This document shows positions 21,217 through 33,740 of a stretch of 55,626 bases of DNA, in pieces (the first letter of the stretch is position 1; every line of letters starts with the position of its first letter). This stretch comes from Callorhinchus milii (lineage: Eukaryota): contig NW_024704891.1 in NCBI RefSeq assembly GCF_018977255.1, positions 62,001-117,626 on the forward strand, written 5' to 3'. Both the position numbers and the translations under genes were made by a program. The notes under the pieces are model-generated. The model had not been told where the DNA came from and made no database searches. It saw nothing but the letters and a program-made list of their open reading frames with translations.

Positions 21217-21557
21217 GGACAGGGAATAAAGTCAGCGTTGAACCATCACAGATGGAAGTGTCTGTTACCGAAGGCCACGCACTGACCTGCACCCACTGTG
21301 CTGATTCCATCAAGGTTTTGAAGTTCTGGTAAAGTCAGTATCCAGGGGAGCCCCCAGTGTACACATGGAGACATGATTATGATGGGGACACTTTCAGTGC
21401 TGAATTTGCAACAAAATGTTTAAGCGCCATATCTGGACACGAGCAGGAAGAGAACCACTCCAACTTTGCTCCCGGTGGCTTTATCTGACACTGACACACA
21501 TTACTGTGCCATCACTCACACAAAGTTACTGTCAGAATACACCGCTGCACATAAATC
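21217..21557 (+). pseudogene. TCR V pseudogene with 23-RSS (21519-21557)
   Basis: GNKVSVEPSQMEVSVTEGHALTC..FW*SQYPGEPP..DTHYCAI; in-frame stop and frameshift; RSS CACAAAG + 23 + ACATAAATC. Confidence 0.85.
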
Positions 21558-23056
21558 TTCATAGAGGGGAAACAGGGTTTCATCTCAGCACAGGTGTTAT
21601 TCCTCACAGTTGACCTATTTGACAAATTGTGATTTTGCTGCTGTGTCTCTCAGAGGAAACACATGACTGTATCCCCAACCTGAAGAAAACAGTCATAGTG
21701 TTTCACGTTTTAAAGAGTTAACGAAATAATTAATAACCTTACATTCGACATAGCGCCTTAACACGACATCGAGGCGTAACAGAGCGCTTCACATTATCTA
21801 CGGTTCAGTACATTAACTGTGAATTGATTGAAAGATACAGTCACTGTACTTCATATTATACCATGTGCAGCACTTTGGGACTGCTGACTTTCTTAATACC
21901 TTTGCGCATTAGGCTACAGATTTTCGGGTCATTGCTCTCAGTGCAAATTAACTTTGCACACTTCAGGGACACAATGTGTTGGTATTAATGTTTTGTAAGT
22001 GAATCAAAATGTAAGCGGTTATTTAATTTCAGTCCATCATCTTAACGGTTATCCTATGTTACATTTCGTTTACATGGTAAACGCTTACAGCTTCTGAATT
22101 TATCATGCAGATTGAAGATATGTGGCCAGACGGGAGACGGGAGACGTTGAGCCATTGTTTAACCGAAAGAGTTTTTACGGTTTAGAAACAATTTTACTAT
22201 CTGAAAGTGCGGTGGAACCAGATTCGATCGTAGCTCTCAAAAGCGAATTGGGTTCCTGCTTACAAAGTAAACCAAAATTGACTAGCAATCTTCGAAACGA
22301 ATTTTTTATTGAATGTGTTCATTTCCATGAAGAAATAACAGCAACGGTGGTCATGAATAACATTTTGTGAAGAATAATTGGTGCATGATCAGCTCACCTT
22401 GTGAATATCATAACTATATTACTGGCGAAGAGTGAGACAATGTTCAAAGTCATCCCGTGCACATGTCTTTGGTACTTCAAATATTGGTGTTTCATTTTCC
22501 CACTGAAGAATTTTTGGGCAGCAAATGAGGAAACCCATTACCGCGCTAAAGAGAGTCGAAACCAAGCTGAGATTTCCAAGTGTACCAGGAACACACGGAC
22601 AGTCCATACATATATTATTGCAATTAAAGGCACATTCTCTGCCTGAAGGCTAACACCTTACTTAGCTTATTCTGGAAAGTTGCAGGCAGGTTGGCAAGAT
22701 TTATGATTTGCGGACATCTGAGTTTGCCTTGGGGTATCTGCTGACGTCCAGCCAGCTAAAATCACATAGATTGCTATTGATAGCGCTTTCTGCAAGCATT
22801 CCCGCTACTTGTCCAACTAGGGCCATCCTGCGCCTTCGTGTTTAGCTTACAGGCTTAACAGGAGCTGCGAGGCAGGATTCCGTGACACCAGTCGCTGGTG
22901 AAATCCTCTGTATATAATAAATTGGTTGTTGTATTCAAACTCGGCTGAGATGCCAACGAGGTGACGTGAGACTGTGGCTCCGCTTATGACGGCAATCGCT
23001 GCGGGTTATCAGCAAACTGATGCCACAGACACAACCACACAGACTGAAGAGCAGCA

Positions 23057-24044
23057 ATGAGGCTGTTTGCTGTCTGTCTGGTGCTGGGATCCTTCATGTC
23101 AGGTGAGGCCGTGTTGAGCTAATTCAATGTTGATGATGATTGTCAGCTCCATTTGAACAACATTTGGCGGAGGCAGACCTGAATCCTTATGTTTAGTGCA
23201 CTCGCCCCGCCAGCGACAAGACTTGCGTTCGATTCCCCGTCAGAACAGGGCAATGTTTTAGGCAAGTTTCCTCACTCCACTCACACGCATCTGTTTACTC
23301 AGCAGTATGTCGTTCATTGTTTGCTTCATCACCCGTTTTATCATAAGGAATAATAACACCCTCCAAATTGTAATGATTTCTCAAATATTTTTAGTAGATT
23401 GATGGATCGCTGATCCGAGTTAATAGTCGTTTAAATGGTGTAAATGGATAAATTGATAACTCATTCCACTAAATAATGTGCCTCAATGCACTGCGCAATT
23501 CGCTGCTGCCTTTCCCCAATAAAGACACACAGGAATTAACTTTGCCGCATACTGTGTGAAGCGCTTTCAGGAGTTTCAAAAATGCGATAACGTCCTATGT
23601 AAAATAATTTGATTATTATTATTTCATTATTAGCAAATTACACGTGTGTAGCACCTTTCTCATCAGGATAACAACTGAGAAAAATAATTCAAGCAAACAG
23701 TGAAGAATAATATATTCCATGTTCATTACAGAACTCTGTGATGGTGATTCTGTCAGTCAGAAGGCTGCCACGATGGTTAAGAGAAAAGGAGAAACTGCGA
23801 GTTTTGAATGTACTTATTCCACTACATTAAGCGATTACGGTCTCTCCTGGTACCGACATTACCCAGACAAGCAGCCAGAGTATATACTTCGGAGATATTC
23901 TGGGAATGAAAATCAGTACAGAGGAACAGGATTTGGAAATCGTTTCTCTGCTCAGCTGCACAAATCCATTTCATCCACCAGTTTATCCATCTCTGTGCTG
24001 GTGGTGTCTGACAGCGCTGTGTATTACTGTGCATTTCGTCCCCC
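23057..24044 (+). CDS. TCR alpha/delta V gene V5, paralogue of V3 (leader 23057-23102, V exon 23732-24044)
   Basis: Leader MRLFAVCLVLGSFMS|G; V: LCDGDSVSQ..FECTY..LSWYRHYP..DSAVYYCAFRP; promoter, intron SINE and RSS are colinear with V3. Confidence 0.95.
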
Positions 24045-24083
24045 CACAGTGATAGAGTGCACTGCAAGTCTCGTACAAAAACT
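24045..24083 (+). other. 23-RSS of V5
   Basis: CACAGTG + 23 nt + ACAAAAACT. Confidence 0.97.
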
Positions 24084-25388
24084 GCCTTCGCTTTCCACAT
24101 AGGAATGATCTGTCTGTTGAAGTGTGTGCAGAACCTTGGTCAGGCCCTTAGGTACTGCGGGGAGCAGATTTTTCTGTATCCAGACTCAGGAAACCACAAT
24201 CACCTCACATCAACTTGTCAGCTCAACGTTCACATCATTATCTGGCACAATAAAGGCAGACAACGATCAATGCGTAGTTAGTGGTCCAGCTGTTATTGAT
24301 GTACTTCGATTTACAAAATAAATGAAAATAAATCATGTCTGTTGATGCATTAAATTTCACGGAGTGCTTTAGCGGAGAAGGAGAAACACTCGCCTTACCA
24401 ACTCTAAGGTGTAAGCCCTCTCCCATATGCAGCCGTAGCTTACACCTAGTTGAGTTTATATCAAGTCATTTAAAGTATATTTTACTTATACTGAACGCTA
24501 GAAACTCTGGAACACCCTCCATCAAACTTTCCACAATGCATTTCCCACAATCCCACCCCCAGCTCCTGAACTCTTTTTCAAATCCAGCCTCAAAAACGTG
24601 CTGTGATGTTCACCCCTTGATTTGGGAATGGCTTTCGCCAAATCTCAGTAGGTTTTGATAACTGTTTAATCGACATTTTACGGTTTGTGATTGCACTAAA
24701 AGCTCACCTATAGAAACGATGTGCACTAAACAATTCCTTTGTTCTTTCTACCATTAAGCAATTAGCTTTGTTATAACTTGTTTCACAGCAGGAAACATCC
24801 CAAAGCACTACACATGAAACAGTTTAAAGTAAGTTAACTTTGTGATGAGAGGGAAAAAGACAATTTGGACAGACTAAGTTCCTACAAACATAAATGAAGT
24901 GAATGACCAATCTATAAAAAAAATACAATAGAGTGTGAATGGAGCAAGGATTCTTCCCCAACATTTCGACATGCCAGGAATGGAACCCATGTCTCCCGCT
25001 TGCAAGTGATTTTCGAGCAATAAAGCACCAGGAATCCACATTTCGATAAGCTGCCAGCATTGCATAAGAGCTTCGCCTTACAGGTACAAGGCCCTGTTCC
25101 GTAAATGTGTCCTCTGTACACGATCTTCTGACGCAGAGGAGTACCCATCACTGCTGTTTTGACTGTTGCTTCCACATCTGTTTCCATGCCCAATTCAAGA
25201 CACAAACTTTTATCTCCCAAGCTCCGTTCAAACCGTTTAGATGCCCACTTGGATAGATGGAGCCGAAGCTGTTGAATTCATTATTATTGGTCCTGATGTG
25301 TAAGACATTCTCCTTCACCATTAAAACAGTATGGGAATTTACACCTGGCCTTTGTTTCTCATGAATAAGGTGGTCTCTCTGGCGATAG

Positions 25389-25735
25389 GTGCAGCGAACA
25401 GAGTCAGCGTTGAACCATCACAGATGAAGTGTCTGTTACTGAAGGCCAGAGTATCACCCTGAGCAACAGCTTCTCTGCTGATTTCACCAATGTTTTGATA
25501 TTCTGGTCCCATCAGTATCCAGGGAAGTCTCATCTGAGGGAACCTCACACAGAGGCACGATTTTAACGGGGAAGCTTTCGGTGCTGAATTTGCAATACAA
25601 TGTTTCACCACTAATCTGGATACGAGGAGGGAGAGATCCACTGGAACTGTGCTCCCGGTGTCTCTCTCTGACACGGTCAAACGTTGTGCCAACACACACT
25701 GTGTTCCTGTCAAACTACACCACTGTACATAAACC
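25389..25735 (+). pseudogene. TCR V pseudogene with 23-RSS (25697-25735), same family as 20515 and 21217
   Basis: Shares GTCAGCGTTGAACCATCACAGATG..GTGTCTGTTAC.GAAGGCC; frameshifts, Cys23 lost; RSS CACTGTG + 23 + ACATAAACC. Confidence 0.85.
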
Positions 25736-26284
25736 TCCTTAGAGGAGCGAAAGTGTTCTATCTAAGCACAGATGTTTGTCCTGACACTTGTCCTATTTCA
25801 CATATTAAGACTTTGCTGCTGTGTCTCTCAGAGGAAACACGTGACTAATTGCCAACCACAAGCAAAAAGTGAAAGTTTGGTTCATGCACTGAAACAGTGA
25901 AATAAATATTATTAACACTTGCATTTAATACAACGCCTTATCGTGTATTCTAGATGCCCCAAAGCGATTCACGGAATCTAGTGTAAAGCGAACTGACTGG
26001 CAATTGACTGATTGATACAGTCAATACACATCACGTTATATCATGCGTCATGCTTTGAGGTGTCCCACTTTCATAGTATCTTTGATCCGTTGTCCACAGA
26101 TTTCGGGCCATTTTTTTAATTAAAGATTATCTATGCACTCATAAGTGACATATTGTGTGGTCATTGATTTTTGGTGTGAAAGATAATTTAATCGAGCAAT
26201 GAATTTCATACGTATCAATTAACAATTATAATACATTCCACTAGGTTTCCATATTAATCTGTTGCACCTTCTGAGTCGGTTACT

Positions 26285-26600
26285 TATGTCGCAGTTTGAA
26301 GATAATTGGCAAAAGAAGCAGAGGGGAGAAGAACAGACTTTTTTTAAGCAATCGACGTGTTAAGGTTCAGAATTCGACATTGTGAAAGTGTGGTGCCAAC
26401 AGATTCGACAGTAGCTTTCAAAACTGTATTGGACTGCAACTTACTGGACTGGACTGTACTGTACTGGAAAAAAAGAATTGCATGGCGGGGGGAAAGTTTG
26501 TAGAGTGGGACGGAATATTTAGCTCTTTCATAGAGTCAAAACAGTCACAATGGAGCGAATAGCCTCCTTCTGTTCTGCTAAAATCCACGATCCTATAGTT
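26285..26600 (+). mobile_element. CR1 LINE 3' fragment (related fragments near 22080-22300 and 28010-28090)
   Basis: TTTGAAGATAATTGGCAAAAGAAGCAGAGGGGAG ORF2 end and GCGAATAGCCTCCTTCTGTTCTG tail. Confidence 0.6.
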
Positions 26601-26771
26601 CTATGGTTTGAGTCACAAAATTATAATTGATTGCAAAGTGTTGCTGATCACGAGGACCTTCTGCACTTTACCAATTGGGCGACAGCACACGTAGTCACTG
26701 CTGGGGCTGGAGCCAATCGTCTCAAATATCCTACAAGTAATCAATGGGCATCTGCAGATAGAGCTCAGACG

Positions 26772-27565
26772 ATGGAGGGAATTGTGATCTGGGTGATTCT
26801 GGCTGTTTTTCTACCAGGTGATCAACTAAGGCAAATAGCTAAACTATAAGCCAATGTTCAAAATTGATTGCATGGCTTTTATTGGTGGAATCTTGTAGAT
26901 CAGCATATAGAGCGCTCACCTCGCAAGCGAGAGATCAGAGTTCGATTCCCCTCAGGGCGAAACATTGGGCTTCTTGAATTGCTCCACTGGGAAATTATAC
27001 GAACCGTTTGTCAGCCAACTGGTGGATCGTTTAATCAGGTGGAATAATTATTCCAAGAAAAATATAATAAATTAGTCATTTAACCTGTGCTGTTTGTGGA
27101 ATACTACTTTGCTGTCAGGCTTTGTTCACAAAATATACATTCAATTCAATTCACAGTATATTCTGTGATGTGTTGTGAAACGGCTAGAAGACATAAGAAT
27201 ATCAAATGCAAGATGTTTTGTAAATTCTGTTCATTTTTATCTTTCGCTTGTGTTTCAGGTCTGACCCGGGGAGATTCTGTTTCTCAGTCGGAAACTTCAG
27301 TGACTGAGACAGAAGGAGGACAAGTAACTTTGGACAGCATTTATCATACATCACTGAGCGTCTATTGCTTATACTGGTACCGACATCTCTCAGTGGCACA
27401 ACCCGAGTATATCCTACAGAGGTGTACAAATACTTATGAACATAAAGAAAATTTTGCTAAATCTCGTTTCTCGGATGAGCTGCAGACATCGGGAAAATCC
27501 AGCAGATTAACCATCTCCCAGTTACAGCTGTCTGACTCCGCTGTGTATTACTGTGTGTTCAGCCC
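26772..27565 (+). CDS. TCR alpha/delta V gene V6 (leader 26772-26817, V exon 27259-27565), lacking canonical Cys23
   Basis: Leader MEGIVIWVILAVFLP|G; V: LTRGDSVSQ..VTLDSIY..VYCLYWYRH..LQRCTN..DSAVYYCVFS; open frame; IMGT status would be ORF. Confidence 0.88.
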
Positions 27566-27604
27566 CACAGTGATGGGAACAGGTCACAGCCTCGTACAAA
27601 AACT
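27566..27604 (+). other. 23-RSS of V6
   Basis: CACAGTG + 23 nt + ACAAAAACT. Confidence 0.97.
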
Positions 27605-28262
27605 ATCCTGGATGGTGGAACTAGATTCCATAACACCTTTTTTTTCCTGAGCGACGGGTACTCACTCAGGAAAAAAAACTAAACGCAGGGCTACTGGGAA
27701 AGAGTGGAGCAGTGGGACTGATTGCTTAGCTCTTTCACATTATCTTCACGGGTCAGATCTTAACGACAAGTCTAAAATAGTAACAGAATTCAATATATTT
27801 AATAGTTACGTAATTCTTGCATTTCATATAGCACCTGATCACGACTTCGAGTTGTCTCAAAGTGCTTCACAGAAAACACAGTGAAGCGAATCGACTGTAT
27901 ATTTTCCGGGCGAATTTCGCCAGCCAATTAGGCTTAGCATTGTACCACAAAAAAGCACAGATTAAGTGACCAATTATTATTTTAATTTTTATTTGAAGGA
28001 ATTGTTAAGCAACAAAATCTTTGATGGCATAGATCAGAAACGATGGGCCGAATGGCCTCCTTCTCTTCTGTTATAATTCAGGATCCTGTGGTTCTCTTTT
28101 TCCAGTCAAATAGAAATAATTCATTGGAAATTGGAATGTGTTTCGCACTTTACCTTTTGAACGACATAAATGAAAGCACACGTTATCACTGCCTGGGCTG
28201 GAGCTAATCACCTCAAATACCTCACAGGTAATCAATGGGCATCTGCAGATAGAACTCAGACG

Positions 28263-28901
28263 ATGGGAGGAATTATGATCCTGTTGGCCCTCGCTGATTT
28301 AATGATAGTTAATCAAATAAGGCCAATCGCCAAAGTTTCAGACAATGTTCAACATTGATTGCATAGGTTTTATTAGTGGAGTCGTGTAGCTCAGTGTTCA
28401 GAGCGCACACCCCGCAAGCGAGAGACCCGAGTTGACTACCTGTAGGCCAAAATATTGGGCAAGTTTCCTGAATCAACGCACAACATACAGGAATCTGATT
28501 GTTAATCTATCGACTAAAAAGGCGGATCGCATTTCGGGTGCAAAAATGCCTTCAAAAACAATTCATGATAAACTGATCACTTAATCCATGACTTGTTTGT
28601 GAGGCACTGCTTTGCGCAATTGGCTACAGCGTTACGAATGCAAAATGTATTCAACTCACTTTACAGTGTATTCTGTGAAGCTCTATGGGATGTCTGGAAG
28701 ACTTCGTAAGGCGCTGTATAAGATGTCAGTATTAATTATTGATTAAATCTGTTTTTTATTTTAAACTTTTTTTCCGGTCTGACCAGTGGAGATTGCATTA
28801 CACATACGGTGCCTTCAGTGACCAAGACAGAAGGGGGACAAGTGGCTTTGTACAGTACCTAATTCACATCGCTGAGTGGCTGTTGATTCTTCTGGTACCG
28901 A
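28263..28901 (+). pseudogene. Truncated V pseudogene V7, paralogue of V6 (leader from 28263, exon fragment 28777-28901)
   Basis: Promoter and leader colinear with V6; donor degenerate, acceptor CG instead of AG, two in-frame stops, homology ends after WYR. Confidence 0.8.
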
Positions 28902-29537
28902 CTGAGCAAAGCTGTAGAGGTTACTCCAACCCTGAAGCCGATTTCGGTCAATCTCGTTTGATTCGAATGAACGAATTGAAAATTTCCGATTTCACATCAA
29001 TTAAATTCATTTGCACAAACAGCATCTGACCGTTTTCTCTCTTGCAGTTCAACAGCTGATCTTTCGCTTTCGAAGACAAAAAGATCTGCTCCACCTTTGG
29101 ACAACAGAGATATTGCAGACTGGAGAATGGCTTCCTTATCTGATCGTAATGTTCTCAAAACCCGACATGACAGCAGGGCTGGGTACTCAAAAGTTAACTC
29201 TTTATTACTCAAAGCAACACAAAGTTCTGGACAGAAAAGGCACAACAGTGGAATATGTTGCTTTATTTACCACAAATGTGCATATATGTATTTCATTCAA
29301 CAATGATTTCCGGATTCATAATTAATCAGAATATTCCCACTGATAAGAAATATATTCCAAATATTCCTATTGAGTACACATCTATGGATAAAAAATGGAA
29401 TTTCTATTATCAGCTTTGAAAAAACTTGCTTACTGATTGACGCAAGAGTAGTACTGAAAGGGAATAAAGTGAATGTGTGTCAGTCTGTCTCGGGAGCTCA
29501 GTAGCAACTTCGTTTTTGATTCAGAAATTTCTGGGAT

Positions 29538-29850
29538 GATAATAATAATAATAATAATCCTTGCATTTGATATAGCGCTTTTCACGTCGGGAGGACGTCC
29601 CAAAGCGCTTCACAGAACACACTGTAAAGTGAATTGACTGTATATTTGTGGGCGAACGCGGCAGCCAATTGCGCACAGCAATGTCCCACAAACAGTCGTA
29701 GATTGAAAATGACCAATTTAATTATTGTTTTTAGTTTTGGAGGGATTATTATTAGGCTCTGTGTGGAGTAAGGAAACTTGTCCAATGTTTCGCCCTCTGC
29801 CTGGGATTGAACTCAGGTCTCTCACTTGCAAAGCGAGTGCTCTAACCATT
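29538..29850 (-). mobile_element. Young SINE (head clipped), adjacent to an older Deu-type SINE
   Basis: Near-identical reverse complement of 6251-6574. Confidence 0.9.
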
Positions 29851-29854
29851 GTGA

Positions 29855-30090
29855 TGCTTCACAATGGAAATAGTTTAGTGCCATGAGAGACATTTAACTT
29901 CCATCTGAAAAATCAACCAGATCTCAGTTGAACGTTTCATGAAAAGGTCCGCACCTCCCACGATGTAACACAGCCTCATCACTGCATTAGAAATCTAGTG
30001 AAGACAATGTGATTCCTTGTCCCAATATGGGGCTTGAACCAACAAACTGCTGACCCAGAGGTTAGATTGATTCCACTGAGTAAGGCTGGG
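29855..30090 (-). mobile_element. Deu-domain-type SINE
   Basis: Minus strand GGTTCAAGCCCCA...GCAGTGATGAGG..GGAGGTGCGGACCTTTTCATGAAACGTTCAACTGAG..CAGATGGAAGTTAAA..CATGGCACTA resembles the recalled Deu core. Confidence 0.6.
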
Positions 30091-30848
30091 ACACACTGCC
30101 CTTTGGAAATTTCTGTTATCCATCACGTCCAGGATTTTTCTTGGATTCATGATTTCCTTTAAACAGATCCCATCAGTTAATAATACACAAAGTCTGAACC
30201 TATTTACGTGTGACTGACATACAGGATTTATTTATCCAGTTTTCTCAAACAAAACTTTTGAATCAGGTATCGTTGAAATAACGTCAATCTGCATAATAAG
30301 TTGTACAGATCCTTGCAGCAATGTATTCAGATATGTAATGTATTGTGCTACAATGGTGAGGAATGGTACTATATACTTCAGTTGGATTTGCGAATGACTG
30401 TGTCAGTGTATCTACTGGAAGCATGAAACTATTGAATATTTTGGTTGTTGGTAATTTGTAAGACTATTGATCTGCATTAATTTCAGTGAGTCTGTGAATC
30501 TGTATACGAACAGGAACCCGATAATCCATTTTCATGACTGATTAACTCAGCATGAGTATCAAATTTATAGATGTGTTAGTGATACTGTTGTGTGTGTGAA
30601 AATGTTTATGAGGTTTTCTCATGTTTGGGGCTATTTATACCTTCAAGAAATCTTATGAAAAATAATAATGTGGTCACTCAATCAACAAATGTTTTTGTGA
30701 CGATGCTCTCCGAATTGTGGTGCCACATGTACCCAAAATAATGTGCAATCAATCCATTTTAAAGTATATTCTGTGAAGCACTATGAGATGTCCCGAAGAC
30801 GTGAAAATGCACTGAATCAAACGCAATAATTATTATTAGAATAGCTAG

Positions 30849-31870
30849 AACAGGCCTGTTATACAGAGACCAAGCTTGTTGTATATAGATCAGGCCTGTT
30901 ACACAGAGACAACACCTATGTTACAGAGACCAGGCCTGTTCTACAGAACCAGGCCCTGTAATACGGAGAGATTGCCTGTTATAAGAGACCCGGCCTTCTA
31001 AACACAAACAGGCCCGATAAACACAAACCAAGCTTGATTTACATATAACCTGCTCTGCAGAAACCAGACACGTTATACAGAGACTAGGCCTGTTATACAG
31101 AGACCAAGTCTGTTATGCGGAGTCCAGAGCTTCTGTGCAGAGACCAGGCCTGTTATACGTAGACCAGGCCTGTGATGCAGAGAATCGGCATGTTATATAG
31201 ATGACCAGGCCTGCTATAGATTAATCATGCCTGGTATGCAGAGAGCAGCCCTGTTACACATTGACTCGACATGTGATGCAGAGACAAGGCACTTATATAT
31301 GGAAGAGGTCTGTTTTACATGGACGGGACAGTTTATACAGGCACCAGATTCGTTATGCTGAGGTCAGGCCTGTTGTGCAGATAATCAGCCTGTTATAGAG
31401 TGACCAGGCCTGTAATGCAGAGAACAAGCCTGTTATACAGAAGCCAGGCCTATTATACTGAAACCTGCCTTTTATACAGAGACTAGGCCTGCTAAACAGT
31501 GACCAGTCCTGTTATCAGAAACGAGGTCTGTTACACAGATACCAAGTCTTCTAAAAAGTGACCAGGCCTTTAAAAAACTGACCAGGTTTGTTATGCAGCG
31601 AACAGAATTTTTTTTACAGCAACCAGGCTTATTATACAGAGACCAGTTCTACTATCAGAGACTAGGCCTTTTACACATGCACCAGGCAAGTTATACAGTG
31701 AACAGAAAAAAGCACAATACCTGCAGATGCTGGAACCTGAAACAGAAACAGAGAGAGCTCCTATAAGAGATCAGGCCTGTTATACAGATACCGGATATGT
31801 TATAATGAGCACAGACCTGATATACAGAGAACTCTCTCTGATTTTGTACACGGAGACCAGACCTGTTTCA
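30849..31870. repeat. Degenerate 20-bp minisatellite (ACCAGGCCTGTTATACAGAG), roughly 50 units
   Basis: Directly visible; part (about 31600-31800) is re-duplicated at about 32575-32775. Confidence 0.88.
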
Positions 31871-32250
31871 GGCATAACCAAAACCAATTCTACAATAGCA
31901 ATCTCTTTTTGGTAAATATTCATATGAATAAACTGTCAGATATGGTTAATTGCTGACGATCATTCAGTCAGTGCAGCAGTTGGAGTTCAACGGTGGAGCG
32001 GACAGAGGCAGTTGTGTGTCATTAGTATTGTGGAGGTGCACCTCATGTCTGTGAAATATATTGCTCAGTGGGAAATTTTAGATAGTGAAGAGGAAAGGGC
32101 TTCGGATGAATTTCTGAAGAGCACCTCTCGTGTATGTTTGGAAACAGCAGAAGGAGCCATTTCAAATGCCTAAAAAGTAATACTAGAATACGTAAGAGTT
32201 AAACTAGGATAGGACAGAATCTTGAAGGTGGAGCAGAGAGCTGCTGCTTC

Positions 32251-32570
32251 TAATAATAATAATAATCTCTGCATTTGATACAGTGCTTTTCACTTCGGGA
32301 GGCCATCCCAAAGCGCTTCACAGAAAACACTGTAAAGTGAATTGACTGTATATTTTGTGGGCGAACGCGGCAGTCAATTGCGCACAGCAATGTCACACAG
32401 ACAGTCGTCGATTGAAAATGATCAATTTATTATTGTTTTGGGTTTTCGAGGGATTATTATTAGGCATGTAGAGTAAGGAAACTTGCCCAAGGTTTCGCCC
32501 TGCCTGGAACTGAACTCAGGTCTCTCGCTTGCAACGCGAGTGATCTAACCACTGAGCTACAGGACTCCAC
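32251..32570 (-). mobile_element. Full-length young SINE
   Basis: Reverse complement of the consensus from (TAA)n to GGACTCCAC. Confidence 0.92.
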
Positions 32571-33559
32571 TATGCAGAGAACAGAACATTTTTACAGCAA
32601 CCAGGATTATTATACAGAGACCAGGCCTACTATCAGAGACCAGGCCTTTTACACATGCACCAGACAAGTTATACAGAGACGAGAACCAAACACAATACCT
32701 GCAGATGCTGGAACCTGAAACAAAATAGAGATAGAGATAGAGCTGCTGTTAGAGGTCAGGCCTTTTATACAGAAGCATGGAATTCAATCCTTCTTTGGTC
32801 AACGGAGATATTGCAGGCTGCAGAATAGCTTCCTTGTCTGATTGTTATGTTCTCAAAAGCCTTCAAGGCCGCAGTGCTGGGGATTGTATTTCTTTCTGCA
32901 TTAAATAGCCTTTTTCATCATTTAAGATGGTCACAATATCAGCACAGAGTGTTTCAGAGTGCTGGACGGGATATAATGTAAAGTGTTCTTTTTCCAATCA
33001 TGTTTTATGCAGCAATGTACCACACACAGCAGTAGAGAGAGTAACAAATATTGTGGGGTATTGGAAAAAGGAAGGTTAAACTCCCTTAACTTTGGAATCG
33101 TACCTTAGAATAATGATACACGTTTCGTCCAGAAATATTCAGTGAATTCACTTTGCAGTGTATTCTGTGAAGCGCTTTGAGACTTCTAGAAGACGTGAAA
33201 AGCGTTATATCAAATGGAGGATAACCATTATTATTAACATCATCCATCACATCCTCAGATGGCACCTCAGATAAGGATGTGTCCAGAACTGAGAAATCCT
33301 GACAAAGCAGCTCTTCCCCATCACTGCAGCTGAGTGACAGTCGAGCTAATAAAAGTTTACAGTCTTATGTATACACCATTATAAGCCATTCAGACCTTGT
33401 GGCATTGACCATTTCCAACATTGTGTTTGGACTTCAACCCCAAATATTCTAAATGAGAGGCGAAAGAGAGCGTCACTTACAGAGCCAGGATAAAGCGTCA
33501 AGAAATAATGATATTCGCTTGAAATTTGAAAGGAACTTATTGCTGATATGGACAAATGA

Positions 33560-33740
33560 AGGCAAACTATTTTTGTCGATTAGTGTAAATCTATTTCCAA
33601 AGGTCACTTGCAGAGTGGGGAGGCAAGTGGTCTCTGGGATGTGATACCAGAGAGTGGGGGCAGATAGTCTGAAGGCCCAATGGCGTGATGGGCAGTGCAG
33701 GGCCGGGGACATTGAGAAGGCGAAGGGAAGAATCGGATCA
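33560..33740 (-). mobile_element. L2 ORF2 C-terminal fragment
   Basis: HWAFRLSAPTLWYHIP resembles the L2 G.RAFS..APxLWNxLP motif. Confidence 0.6.
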
